DNA from: Marsupella aquatica | Lineage: Eukaryota; Plantae; Marchantiophyta | Length of the DNA: 64,000 nt | Assembly (NCBI GenBank): GCA_973895155.1 | Contig: OZ316893.1 | Span: 20,650,857-20,714,856, forward strand | Direction of reading: 5' to 3' | Shown here: piece after piece, positions 15,326 to 27,819 of the stretch | Numbering within the stretch: position 1 is the first letter of the stretch | How the letters are laid out: every line of letters starts with the position of its first letter | Position numbers and translations under genes: made by a program | Notes under the pieces: model-generated | Told to the model about the DNA's origin: nothing | The model's input: only the letters and a program-made list of their open reading frames with translations | Database searches by the model: none

Positions 15326-17719
15326 GCATGTCCTAGATGCAGGCAGGGTTGGTTAACCAATGCATGACAAATGGTAAGCATGGGGGAACAAGGGCGTCCC
15401 CCATAAAATTGCTTTAGACAATGGGCGCTAACTCTAACTAGCCCTAGGTTTCTGCCTATGGCAATTAGGTCGACTGACAAGTCTGAGATCGACCGAGGCT
15501 CTATAATTCGCACACCAATCTGGACTGAACAACTCTTGAACTTGAGACAACTGACGACAAGGGCCAAGGTTTCCGTTGCTCCCTTGATTAGAGTATAATT
15601 TAAGTTGCATGGCGATTCTAATGCATGTGTGTGTGCAAACCACTCGTGACTGAAAGTTCAGTCCATGGCTATTAGCTTTGGTGGAGCAATTAAGTATTGC
15701 TTTGTATGGGTCGCGAGCGGTGTGTGAGGGTATCTGAGGGCGATAGCCGGATCGAGTTCTCTCTTAATTATTCAAGTATTTGTGATAGTGCTCAGGTCAA
15801 GCTTCGGGGAGAGAGGATCAAGCTTGGAAAGGGCATGGGAGGCCCATGACTGAAACTTAATTAACAAACTGCAAACACAAATAATCCAATTTAATGCGAT
15901 TGTCAAAGTTCTGCTTCATTGGGACAATGTGGCACTTAATTCTGATCTCGCACTACCCCAGATGAGCTCTCAGTACGTACTACATGCTCTCCACTAGCTA
16001 GAAAATCTCCAGAATGTGTTCCCTGTGCACTTACCAGGGGCTGCCAATTGTAACCCACATATGCCAAAATCCAAGCCAAATTAACCACTGCTGTAGGAGC
16101 ATTACCTAAAATCTTCTTGGCCGCGCCTCCAACCTAAAAACCTCACTAAATGCTAGTTAAATAATGCACGCGGCGCGCACACCCCAATATGATTGGGTAT
16201 ACCAAACCCTGATCGAGTCTGGATTGATGGGGACCAGACCTAACGTGCACTTCCTGGACTGAATCCCTAAACACACAAAATTAGGCTATGTCCCCACTTC
16301 TACTCAGTCCCTCTCTTGTTTAAATACCCTCCCTCCCTCAGTATACCCTCTTTAGACAGAGTCCTCCCCCCTTGAGTCCTTCCCCCTTGAGTTGGATTGA
16401 CAAACTGACAGGCTCAGATGAGCACTGGAGCTAGCAACCTAGGGGCATTCCTAGTCACGGTTTGTCCAACCAACATCCGAGCTACTAGTTATGCCCTCAA
16501 TACCATCTGGTCTAGGTCTTCTAATCTATACACGCCCACCCCACCTCCGTACCTCAATCTTGCCTAGCTATAACAGGAGATGTGTGTATGTAGATTGAGT
16601 ACGTAAGTTTCTCGAATGGTCGTGATCGATCTGGCTCATGAGGTGGTGCTATGGAGTTTGTGTTCCCGGTATTTCAATTCATTTGTGAAAGTCTGCACAT
16701 GCTACAATCATACTAAATTTTAAGCTATATTTATAGCCTTTAAACACATGCTTGTCAACCGTCTCTGAACGTACAACCGTTTTCTGAGCTGTAACAGTCG
16801 CACAGAATCAATTCCTTCGATCAGTCGTCACAACAATTCAAGAGTAAAGTATTATGTCATTCTCCATGCATGGCATTTACCTTCCTCTATTATAAAATAC
16901 AATCTTCCTACCTTCGAGGTTAGGAAAATATGTGAATTGACGTAATTGTACTCACGGCATAATTGCCCGCTGTGTCGACTTTTTGTGATTCATATATCTG
17001 CCTATTCCACAACCTCAAGATTCATCAGTGTACAATGATTCCTAACAGCTTCTCGGACGTATAGCTTCCGTTCCTTCCTACACTCTTCTGTCATTCGCCA
17101 GTGTCCACCCATGAGGCATGACAGTTTCCCTTCCTTAATTCATAAGCTCTTCAGTCATTTCTTCAATATAACATGATTGTGAAAAGGGACAGTACGCCTC
17201 GAGCACAGTCAGTACAAGATCTCTACTGTCTCTTGAGCTTTTAGGCAGGCGCGCTCGAGCCGAACAATATTTCCGCAGGCACAACGGGCTGCAATGTCAA
17301 TCTGATCGACTACTGACATAGGATATGCATGCGATAAGGCACAATGTTTAGTTAGGCCTCAACTCAGCAATCAGTAACACTTTTAGTTTGTCGTCATCGA
17401 TCAGTAAGATATTAAAACAGCTTCAATTACCTACCACCTACAGTATATAAGGAACCTTGCCCCCCATCATTTCTCCACTCTCGCTGCGCTCTCTCTCGCT
17501 CTCCGGTAGCATACTCAGGACCGCGTTGCTTCAGTCATTCGATCTTCTCCTTGTTTGTTTATATCATTGAAAGTTAGTTCCCGTCCTACAGACATTATCC
17601 CCCTCAAGGACTTCATTTTTATCTAACCTTTTTTGGCAAACAATCGACATAGGAGGTCCATCTTGATCCGTCTTCGATAAGCAACTTGCAAGTTTCATTC
17701 CTTGAATTGTGTATTCGTT

Positions 17720-18832
17720 ATGGAATCTAAAGATGTCTTTTCATTGCTGGACGAACTTCTTCCCGGTCTTCCAAATGATGTGAGCTTGAGCCACATTGCG
17801 GCAAAGTTGCCGTGGGAAATGTTTTCAGTTTTATCTGCAGTAAGTACTGGTTGGCAAAAGGCAATTCGAAGTGGATTGGTATATGATACCAGAGTTCGGT
17901 CACAGTCAACGGAGACACTAGTTATTATTCCTCACCACCAGGATCAAGGGGAGAACTGCGTTTGTCTCTATTCCCCCATAGAGAAGACTTTCTGTGACCT
18001 TCTTCCGATCCCAGATTTCGAAACTGGACTACCAGGGTCGTGGCAAATCATTCCATTGGACGGAAAAATATATGCCGTGGGAGGACCTCGTGGACTTTCC
18101 GGCTGCAAGGTGACTCGCGGCAAAAGTTTCTATATGCTAGATCTGCGGGCTGGACAGAGGGAGTGGAAAAAGCTTGCAAATATGCTAGAAGGCAGACAAT
18201 CCTTTGGATGTGGTGTGATAAGTGGCAAGATTTATGTGTTTGGGGGCATTTCTGACGAAGGAATGCCTACATCTTCATCAGAGATGTACGATCCCAAGTA
18301 CAATACGTGGTCCCCAATAAAGGCCATGATTTATGGACAAGTTTTCAATGAGGTTTTTGAAATGGGAGAGGAGCTTCTATTGCATGGCGGAATTGGAGAA
18401 AGACCTTTCTCCTCTTGGCAGATATATCATCCGGCTACCGATACTTGGCGAGGTGTACAGCGACCTACTGACATAGAAATTGGAAGTGTGTTCACCTTCC
18501 AAGGGAATCTCTATTCCTTGAGTGTCCGTGGCGTCCATGTTTATGACATATACACCAATTCATGGAGACAACAACATTCAATGTCCTGGGTTGGCCTTGG
18601 AGAGCATCACTATATGGATGTGGAGGCAAATATTACCGTTCATGCAAATAATGAGCTTGTAGTAGCAGTAGAGTCGACTACTAACGCAATTTCCTACCGA
18701 TCAAGCATCATTCAAAGCAAAGGGTTTAGCAGTGAGAAAGAAGAGATTCTGTGGGAGGAGGTGCCATACGCAGGAGATTTCTTTGACAGGCTAAGCCCTT
18801 TCCAACCATTTATGGGTACTCTTCAGCTATGA
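17720..18832 (+). CDS. Intronless F-box/kelch-repeat protein
   Basis: It has an N-terminal LLPGLPNDVSLSHIAAKLP F-box motif and kelch repeats (GKIYAVGG, GKIYVFGG, SSEMYDPKYNTW). A TATA-like 'tatataa' sits near 17444. Confidence 0.92.
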   Translation: MESKDVFSLLDELLPGLPNDVSLSHIAAKLPWEMFSVLSAVSTGWQKAIRSGLVYDTRVRSQSTETLVIIPHHQDQGENCVCLYSPIEKTFCDLLPIPDFETGLPGSWQIIPLDGKIYAVGGPRGLSGCKVTRGKSFYMLDLRAGQREWKKLANMLEGRQSFGCGVISGKIYVFGGISDEGMPTSSSEMYDPKYNTWSPIKAMIYGQVFNEVFEMGEELLLHGGIGERPFSSWQIYHPATDTWRGVQRPTDIEIGSVFTFQGNLYSLSVRGVHVYDIYTNSWRQQHSMSWVGLGEHHYMDVEANITVHANNELVVAVESTTNAISYRSSIIQSKGFSSEKEEILWEEVPYAGDFFDRLSPFQPFMGTLQL

Positions 18833-19014
18833 CGTCTGGATATGGTGCATACTGCAAACCTAACGTTAATATCCTAGCAGGCCATCTTGTTGGCATTTAA
18901 CCCTGTAGCTAGCCTTATCATCTACGAGAGTCAAACAATATAGGTCATTAGGGGTACTAATTGCCAGCCCCTGTATTATGGGCGTTTAGGTCCACTAGTG
19001 CGGTACATGAGTGC

Positions 19015-19016
<2 letters not shown>

Positions 19017-19063
<47 letters not shown>
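19017..19063. repeat. (AT)n microsatellite
   Basis: A perfect AT dinucleotide run. Confidence 0.98.
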
Positions 19064-19067
<4 letters not shown>

Positions 19068-20009
19068 GCCTGTCACTATGTACATGTATGTTCATTTCGA
19101 AACATTGAATTTGTGCCATTTTACTTATGTTATATATTCGAGCAGTTCAAGTACATGGCTTTTATGACAATTACAGCAAATTGAGTTTGGTTTTTTCTAC
19201 GTCTAAGAACTTCACCAAGTACTTTTCTCTAAAGTGAAAGTATTTGTAAAAGTCATATTTGCTAGTGGGTCAATGAATTCTTTAAAACGTTGGATTCTGC
19301 TCCACAACTACTGGAATGGATACATATATATAGGAGCCAATCTACAACCATAATACACTAATCCTGCCAAAAGTTGTCAATAGTCTATTTACAAAATGAG
19401 ATTTGGTGGGAACACTTGCTTACCATTGGATTTATGTTATAATTAATTTATTCTCACCTTTGATCAGGTACAAATGAGTGTAACCAAACAAACAAGACAA
19501 TAAAGTAGCTAGGTGCTACCTAAGTGTTAATAATTGGGAGTGAACACCTAGCTAATACAAGTTAAAGAAGAGCATAGTTTTTTTGTCACATATGAATATT
19601 CAATAGTGTACTCAATCATTACATGCTACAACATTTGTATTATTGGAAGGAAGTAGATGTATAATTAGTAATACTCTCCAAATGGGTGATCTATAATTTT
19701 GAACAATATATTTATAAGTGGGAAGAGAATTTGTGCAGTTTTGTTTTCTCTTCTTTCTCAAAAAACTAAAAATTGATTTTCATTTTAAATGTATCTTTGA
19801 GGTAATGAAAGGGGGTAGGAGCGTCTCCCATATAATACCCTATCCCACCAAAACAATAAGATAGTTTTTTTCCAAACTCATAAAAAATGGGAATAGATCT
19901 TAGACCTTTATCAAAACGTTGTTATTCTACACCATCAGATTTAATGGGAATTGAATGTAATAAAATATAGAAAATTCTTATTTCTCTAAAAAGCATTTCC
20001 TCTCACTTG

Positions 20010-20980
20010 GTTAGACTCTATGATGCGACGTTGATCTCTATCTCATGTTTCCAGTTAATTTTTATGTGCAACACGAGTTACAGAACACTACCACAACAAC
20101 TGTATGGCCAGGATAGTGCACAACATACCTCAACAACTACATGGCAAAGCTCTTTTATATGCCTCACATTAGCATCTTTTCTCACCTTCACACATTTTTC
20201 TAATTTGTACATATTTATTGCTCTTTAACATCTTTCTCTTGCCTTGACATATTTTTCTCATTTTGCCATCTTTTTCTCACATTCACATCTTTACCTCACC
20301 ATGGCATTTTTCCTCACTTGATATCTGTTCTCCCCTCAACATCTTTTTCTTTCCTCAAGATCTTTTCTCGCCTTGACATTTTTTCCTCACTTCAACATTT
20401 TTTTTATATCGCCATATTTTTCTCACCTTGACATTTTTATCTCACCCCAACATCTTTCACTCACCCTGGACATTTGTTTCTCTTCTCAACATCTTTTTCT
20501 CACCTCAACTTTTTTTTCTCACCTCAACGTCTTTTTCTCTCATAACCATCTTTTTTCATCTTGATACCCTTTCCTCACCTCAACATCTTTTTCTCACCTT
20601 GATATCTTATCTTTTTCTTATATAATTGCCATAATTTTCTCACCTTGACATCTTTATCTCCCCATGATATCTTTCCCTCTGTCACCCACGTGCGCCATTT
20701 CTTTTCTCTCGGACTCAACATCTTTACATATTTTCCTCACCTTGCCATCGTTTCTCTCCCCAACATCTCTTTCTCACCTCAATTTCTTTTTCTCACCTTG
20801 ACATATTTTTCTCTCATTGACAACTTTTTACATCTTTTTCTCTCCTCAACATCTTTTTCCTCGCCTCAACTTCTTTTTCTCAATTGGCATCTTTTTCTCT
20901 CATCAATTTTTTTTCATCTCTACATCTTTTTCCTTGCCTCAACATATTTTGTGCAACGCACTGGCATTGGGCTAGCTAGT
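20010..20980 (+). mobile_element. Non-autonomous Helitron-like element with minisatellite
   Basis: It contains an array of 'tttctcaccttgacat' units and ends 'gtgcaacgcactggcattgggctagctag|t', resembling the plant Helitron 3' motif plus CTAG-T. Confidence 0.7.
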
Positions 20981-21904
20981 CTATGATAACAATGAATGTC
21001 TGATCTATCAATTTCAAAAAATGAACACAAACTGCTGGAGCAATATATCGAGAAATGTAGATAGTGGATATAGCATGTTCGTCCTAATACACACCTATTT
21101 TGTCTTATTGAATGCACATTTTACAACAGAAATAGAGTATGGTAACTGAGTATATTTAGGACTTAATTTGACCAGGGTGGGGATTGAAAGGAACGTTGGA
21201 GCACAAGTCAGACACATATAGAGACAGCGAGGGCAGAGGGGATCCAATGCAGTCATAGGCCGTCATGCTGTCATATGGGTATCGGATGCAGCAGAAGGGG
21301 TATCCTTGGGGTATCCAAGGCAGTAGTCCGGTATCCAAGGCAATAGATATGCAAAGCACCAATTTTCAAAAACGTACATTGGTAATGCAGGGCCCAGCAA
21401 CGTACATATCTATAGGGGCAGCAAGGACCACACGATCAAGTTGGAAGATTGAGTGGTGGGGATCGGATCAAGTTGGAAGATCGAGTGGTGGGGATCGAAG
21501 GTGCTTTGGGGTTACTGCAGCCAAACCCAAATCAGCTTCAATCATTGTTTTAGGCGGGGGCAGGCCTGTGCTCTCTCGCTTGTGCTCGCTGGGGCTTGGA
21601 GCTGCAAGTCTATTCTCCTCGATTTCTCTCAATGGATCGATGGTGGCTGTGCTCTCATGTCTCTCGTGCATTCTCGTTGTTGTGCTACTCGATCTCAATG
21701 TTGCTCAATCGATGCAGCTGCCTTGCCCTCTCGCGCGAGCTAGACACAGCTGATCTGATCTGATCTTTGCTCCCGGCTGAGTGTCTGCTTCTCGGCTGCT
21801 ATCGATGCTGCTGATCTCCTGCTCTCCTGTTGCCTTTGTTTGCTCTTGCGCTCGCTGTTGATGCTGCTGATGTGATCGATCATGCTTTCTCTAGGACTCT
21901 AGGC

Positions 21905-22275
21905 TCTCGATCGATCATCGATAGATTGAAGGTGGGCTTCAATCACATCTGCCTCTCCACATCGAGTTGCTACCATCGCTGGTCCTCCATACGCTGTACT
22001 TGGTTGCTACCATCGCTGCTGCGCTCGTTGTTGCTCTCGATGCTGCTGGACTCTGCTAGACCTCTCGATGCTGCTCGTTGTTGCTGAGTCCGAGGCCCTA
22101 CTGTCGGTGCTCGTAGCTGAACTCTGCTCGATCGATCATCGATAGATTGAAGGTGGGCTTCGATCACAGCTGCCTCTCCACATTGAGTTGCTACCATCGC
22201 TGGTCCTCCATACGCTGTACTCGGTTGTTACCATCGCTGCTGCGCTCGTTGTTGCTGGGTCCGAGGCCCTACTTA
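21905..22275. repeat. ~220 bp-period direct duplication in CT-rich sequence
   Basis: 'gatcgatcatcgatagattgaaggtgggcttc...gttgctaccatcgctggtcctccatacgctgtact' occurs at ~21909 and ~22130. Confidence 0.85.
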
Positions 22276-22688
22276 GCTGCAGCGCTGCTACTGTCTCCGT
22301 AGCTCGTAGCTGAACTCCGGCTCATTCGATCAGATGCTCGCGATCCTCTCGCCATGCTACATTAATTCTGTGTGGGATGTTTATGCATCTTTGCTATATA
22401 GGTCCTGCTCGGCTCTCCTTTGATCAAGCGAAGCTGATCACTTATGTACTTATTAGTTGGTTCAGTCTCGTGTACGGGCTCGTGTATGAGCTATCTACTC
22501 GAGCTAGCTGTGCATTCGTTTCGTGCTTGTCCCCGTTTTCATTGTCGAGTGGTGTGGTGATCGTGTGTCGTGCCCACCTCTTCATTGTCTGCCGCTCCTC
22601 GCTCGTTTTCATTGTATGCCGCTCCTCATCCAAAGTTGTTGGTGCTCCGCCTCTCTCTCTCTCTCTCCGTTGTGGCTAGACTCTGATC

Positions 22689-22975
22689 CTCGGGGGGTTG
22701 ACTATCAAAAATCTTAGGAACCACGTGCGATCCAAAATAGGTATTTTTGGCAGATTTTAACTAAATTTTTAAAAAGCGTAGGAGGCAAAAGAAGGTATTA
22801 TAAACTCATGTTTATAGAATATTCTTTAATATATACCCTTTATAAAGTAAAATAGGTTATTAATATTGAAAATATAAAATATTCTTGGAATATTTTCTTT
22901 ATAAAATAGGTCTATTTATATTAGGCTAGGATCGCACGTGGTATCCCAAAATATACATTTAGTTAACCCCCCGAG
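22689..22975. mobile_element. 287 bp MITE with TIRs and an 8 bp TSD
   Basis: The TIRs are ctcggggggttgacta / tagttaaccccccgag, with an inner IR accacgtgcgatcc / ggatcgcacgtggt. The TSD ctctgatc lies at 22681-22688 and 22976-22983. Confidence 0.9.
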
Positions 22976-23809
22976 CTCTGATCGTCGTTGCTGGGTCCGA
23001 GGCGCTACTGATCCGAGGCCCTCTATAGCCACATTCAATGATGCTCGCTTTGGTCTCTTCGATGTTGTGCTAATCAGATCAGACGATGATGGTGATAGTG
23101 GGAGGCGGAGGAGCTGGCTCTGGTGTGTTTGGCCTAACAGGAGTAGTGCTTTAGTAGGAGGTTTGGTTACTTCGTCATCATCCTAGTGACAGAAAGGAGG
23201 AGATGGTGGCGGTCTAGTATTCCCCTGTTCTCGTTTTCTCTCTCGTGTAGCAAGAGGGAATGGCCACTCGGTGGAGTAGTGAGAGAGACAGTGACAACAT
23301 CAGAAGGCTGGACTCGTTTACTGCTATCCGACCCAATCTGACTGTTGCCCCGCTCTTGTACACAAGCTGGAGACAATTTCCATGTATCTTGGAGATCATA
23401 TGAAAATATACAATACTGTTCACTTAGCATTTCACTTAGGTGATCGATGTTTTTTCTGGTCTCCAGGTTAAAGGTTTAGTTGAGTGACAACACAAACCTC
23501 AACCTTTAATCTAGGGGGGAGACAAAACCTGATCCCTGCTACTTAAGGGGACTCCATTGTATCAGTCCATTCAGTTCTTCAATCTTTGAGAAGCATTGCC
23601 TTGCCTTGCCTTCGCTCTCTCAGCTTTTGATCTTCTCTTGATCTTGTTCTCGCTCCAGTGTGTAATAGTGTTTGGTCGAGGTCTCTTCAGTCCCTTGTCA
23701 GATACTTGGGTCAGTGGAGGTGGTCTCTAACATTGTGTTGCGTTTTATAAGTCTTGGTTCTTGGTCATTGAGGACTTCTTGTTCTCTGTCTCACACCAGT
23801 CCTCAGGTG

Positions 23810-24136
23810 TCTACTAACAATCCGAGTGTTTGGGTTCTCTGTGTCACTAACAGTCCTGAGGTGTCTCTAACATTGAACATATCAAGGTCATTTACTAACA
23901 GAGTCTATCAAGGTTACTAACAGGTTTGAGTTTATCAAGATTACTAACATTTTGAGTCCATCCAGGATACTTACTAACAGTCCGAGTCTGTCAAGTGTAC
24001 TAACAGTCCGAGTCTGTCAAGAAAACTAACAATCCGAGGCTGTCAAGAGTACTAACAGTTTGAGTCTGTCAAGAGTACTAACAGTCCGAGTCTGTCAAGA
24101 GTACTAGTAGTCCGAGTCTGTCAAGAATACTAACAT
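23810..24136 (+). repeat. ~26 bp tandem array (actaacagtccgagtctgtcaagagt) upstream of the Replitron ORF
   Basis: About ten degenerate-to-perfect units are visible. Confidence 0.9.
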
Positions 24137-24230
24137 CCTATGAGTATTATTCACCCTAACATCAGCTAACTTGTGTTTGTCTTGTGTCCCTTGTGTTTGC
24201 TCTTTGTCCCTTGTGTTGCTAAGAAGAGGA

Positions 24231-25918
24231 ATGTCCAGCGAATCACAACTAGGAGCAGACATCACTATCATTCCTTACACACCTGAAGATTTAGTCCAAG
24301 TGATCCTTGAAAACATAGAGAAAGAGTCATCACATTGTGTTAGGGATATTGAATTTTGTTTTCTGGTGTGCAGGTTAGGTGACGAGAAGTTGCTTGCTGG
24401 ACCATTTCGGATTTTGCAGGCAACTGAGAATACAGGGGAGGACGAAACAGTGGTAGAGTCAAAAGAAAAGACTTTTTTTTAGTGAAAACAGTTGACACTT
24501 ATCCAACTTATCTTTTTGAACTGAATTCTTGTATTTTCAATACAGATTCACCGAAGCAGTTTCCAAAGTCTAGAAACCTCTGTGCGAAGTTAACATGGCT
24601 TTTTTAAAGCGAAAAGCAAGACTTTCTATGTAGGATAAGGAGGAAGCCTCTGGTTGACAGTGTTTTTTGAATTGAGTATCACTGCACGGGATACCTGGGT
24701 TCTGATGTTCATAAGGATGAAATTCACAAGCTCCATAGTCTCATGCTTGATCATTGTGTGGCAGGTGTGATTGGGCTTGAGAGGAGAGAACTGGAGAATC
24801 ATCACCATTTTCAGATGGTTGTGAGAGCCAGAACAAAATCCGCCAGGTCTTTTGGTTTTCTTGTGAGTAAGTATATGGGTTGGCATGGGGTCAAGAATAT
24901 GAATCATGTTGGTAAAGTTATGTGTAAATGTTTGACTAATAGACAATTACATACTTGGAAAGGAATGATTGGTTATTGTTTGAAAGATTTAGGAGCTACC
25001 CATTTTAAGCAAGCATTGTTTAACATTACTGATGAAGAAGTGATTGCAAAAAACAGTTACATTCTATTTTTGGCAGAGCAGATCTGAAATCGAGAGTAAC
25101 CCTCACAAACAAGAATGTAGCTGACAGAATGTATGTGTGGCACAAATACAGGTCATAGAGACCTCTGCATGCAACATTCATTTCAACATTAACAAAGATG
25201 GTGAAATCTAGGATCTTTATGCCTGCTGCAAGTTGGATTATTCCTTTAAATGGGCAAGGAATGGATAGGAAGAGAATGACTTGTCTTTGGAAATGTATTA
25301 TTGATCCTATCAATGTATGTAGAGCTGATGTTGAAGAAGTTTTTCTTAGAAAAGCTTGGAGTGGTGGTTGTGGCAGATATTATTCACTCAGAGTCAGCTG
25401 ATGATGATGTACCTGAACTGAGAGCAGTGATTGAGGGATCTCCAACAAAGAGTTCTCTCAATCTGAAGTCCAAGGTGGAATCAAAATCTGTTCGTTTTGA
25501 TGATATGTTTGCAGAAATCAAGGTGCCTGAGAAGGGAGTGACATTTGGTGATTCTTTGAGCGAATTTGTATCATTGGCAGACAGGCAGCCATTTCCTAAC
25601 TGTAATTATTTGGAGACTATTGATGCATTGGCTGCAGAGCATTCTTCAGGGTTTAAGAAAGGAAAGGAGAAGATGACAAATACAAACATAATTGTGTTAT
25701 CTGATGATGAAAAGATAGAACCTGCACAAGTGTATATTGATGCAGGAAAAAGGAGCAAATTTAAAGGTTGCACAACACTCTTAAGAAAGAGCCTTTTTAA
25801 TGTCAAGATTGAGAAAGAAGAGAGGGGGGAAGGGGGGTTACTCTGCCTGGAGGACTGCATACACATACAATGTGGGGTTCAATTCCCCACCAGAGTCCTT
25901 GGATTCATGAAACTATGA
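24231..25918 (+). pseudogene. Degenerate Replitron-type HUH endonuclease (Rep) transposase
   Basis: Reconstructed across frameshifts it reads FELSIT (motif I-like), CVAGVIGLERRELENHHHFQMVVR (HUH), LHTWKGMIGYCLKD (catalytic Tyr), then DLKSRVTLT..MPAASWIIPLNGQGMDRKRMTCLWK. It contains stops and frameshifts. Confidence 0.8.
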
Positions 25919-26140
25919 AGCATTTTGTGCATAACTCTGTGGATTCATAATGTGCATAGATTTTTAAAGCAAAATCATTATTTTGCAATTGCTCGAGTCT
26001 TCAAATTTACATACAATGTGGGGTTCAATTTCCCACCCGAGTCCTTGGATTCATGAAACTATGAAGCATTTTGTGGATAACTCTGGGGATTCATAATGTG
26101 CACAGATTTTTAAAGGAAAATCATTATTTTGCAGTTGCTG
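25862..26140. repeat. ~147 bp tandem duplication at the 3' end of the Replitron ORF
   Basis: 'acatacaatgtggggttcaatt..gagtccttggattcatgaaactatgaagcattttgtg..' occurs twice. Confidence 0.88.
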
Positions 26141-27819
26141 TCGTCAAATTTTTTTCCGACATTGTTTTTGGGTGGACATGCACGACACTATTGAGAAGTT
26201 TTGTACAGCAAATAGTCATTACTTTGGAATTGGCGTCTGCAAATTTTTTTCGGACATTGCTTATTCTAGGGTAAAATGCAATCTTAAATTTTTTTAGAGG
26301 GGAAAATTAAATTAAGATGACCAAGAATTTTTTGACTAGAGGGGTCCAAAAATACTCCAGAAGACATTCTTATGAGAAATGCCTTACTGTAAAAGCTAAT
26401 CAAAAATCTAATTTTGCCAGAAACAAATGGGAAAAAAAAAGGCAAACGTGCATTCACCATATAGCAATATAGCAATGTAGGCAAAAAATTAGCTAGGCTG
26501 ACAAGCCCTCCTGTCCGTACTAGACCAAAAAGCCTTGAAAGCCTGTTAAGATACGTTCAGTGAGGCCCGGTACTCTTTGTATGAATAGGCCCCTCCCCGG
26601 GTATCCAATATTAATATTGTACTTTCCTTAATTTTTTACATCTTAGTTTAGGTGAAATTTAAGTTAACTTTGATTGGATGACAGAAAAATAATGTGCGAA
26701 TTTATAAACATCTCAGAGTGTCACATAGAATTGGCTTCACTCTTTATAAAACCTTTCACTCTCAAGTCAGAGTACATGACAGACCCTAAAATCTAGACAG
26801 CCGCCGCAAAACCCAAGTCGAGGTCAGGCATATATAGTGTGAGGGACAGAAAAAGGTTTTCGAATGTAAGTTGCCTTCATCTAGCTATGACCTTCGTTCT
26901 GTACGTACCATGATGCCGGCAAGCAAGTCAAGCCCACTGAAAACCCGACTTGCCAAGAGAACCATCTTTAGCAATATCTGGAAAGGTCCACCAATTAAGC
27001 ACGTCACTAAATTGTTGAAATGGTGGCAACTAGAGTAGGCTAGCTTTCAAGAAACCCGGTTGCACTGCATGACAAATAAAATGATATCGGCGAGGTTCTT
27101 TTCTGCACCTAATTACAGAGACAACCTCCTGTCTCAGCTAGGTACCCTTAGTTTGCACAGATTTTTTGCAGTAAAATCTGACTCACAGCTTGCAGGCCGA
27201 TCGAGACCCCAGATCAGAGATTACCATCGAAACTCTGCAGGAGCAAAATCTATCTAGGACATGGCGACTTCAGTGCGGGTGTCAGTGCATGCAGGTCACG
27301 AATTGACAAATGAATGTGGTTGCACAGTAAAAGACTGAGGGGAGTACCACATCGTGTGAAGTACGTATTCTGGAGTCCTAATCCATGGACACCTAGGGAA
27401 TAACTGTGTAATTGGGCGCTTGAATTGGAAAATAATTTAGGATCGAAAGGTGTTCCGATGGCGCCGGAGGAGCTACTATGCCAGTGTTGAACGTAAACTG
27501 TCAAAGATGTGGCACTACTGCTGATCTGTAGGGCAGCAAATTGGAAGCATATATATGACACTTGTATTCCTGTGGGAAGTCTTTGGTGGATATAGTGGCA
27601 ATTGTATATATAGCATGTAATGTTCCCGTCTCGCCTCATATATTGGGGAGTAACTATATATAATGTAAAGCATCATGGTGTGAACAAGACTTTACTTTTG
27701 GGGGAGATTTCATAGCAAAGTTCAAGTCTACTCAAATAAAAAGAACTCCGAAGCTAGGTGGAGAATGCATCGTGAGCGACCTCAAGGAATGCCGTTAACT
27801 GATGAAATGAGGGAAAAAT

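Noticed and set aside
20373-20986. Phe/Ser/Leu-rich ORFs here, and similar ORFs over 55676-57069
   Set aside because: They are translation artefacts of the minisatellite.
21265-22717. Several 60-160 aa ORFs
   Set aside because: They lie in low-complexity duplicated sequence with no recognisable motifs.
23810-24136. CRISPR-like appearance of the 26 bp array
   Set aside because: The units are contiguous with no unique spacers, there are no cas genes, and the context is eukaryotic.
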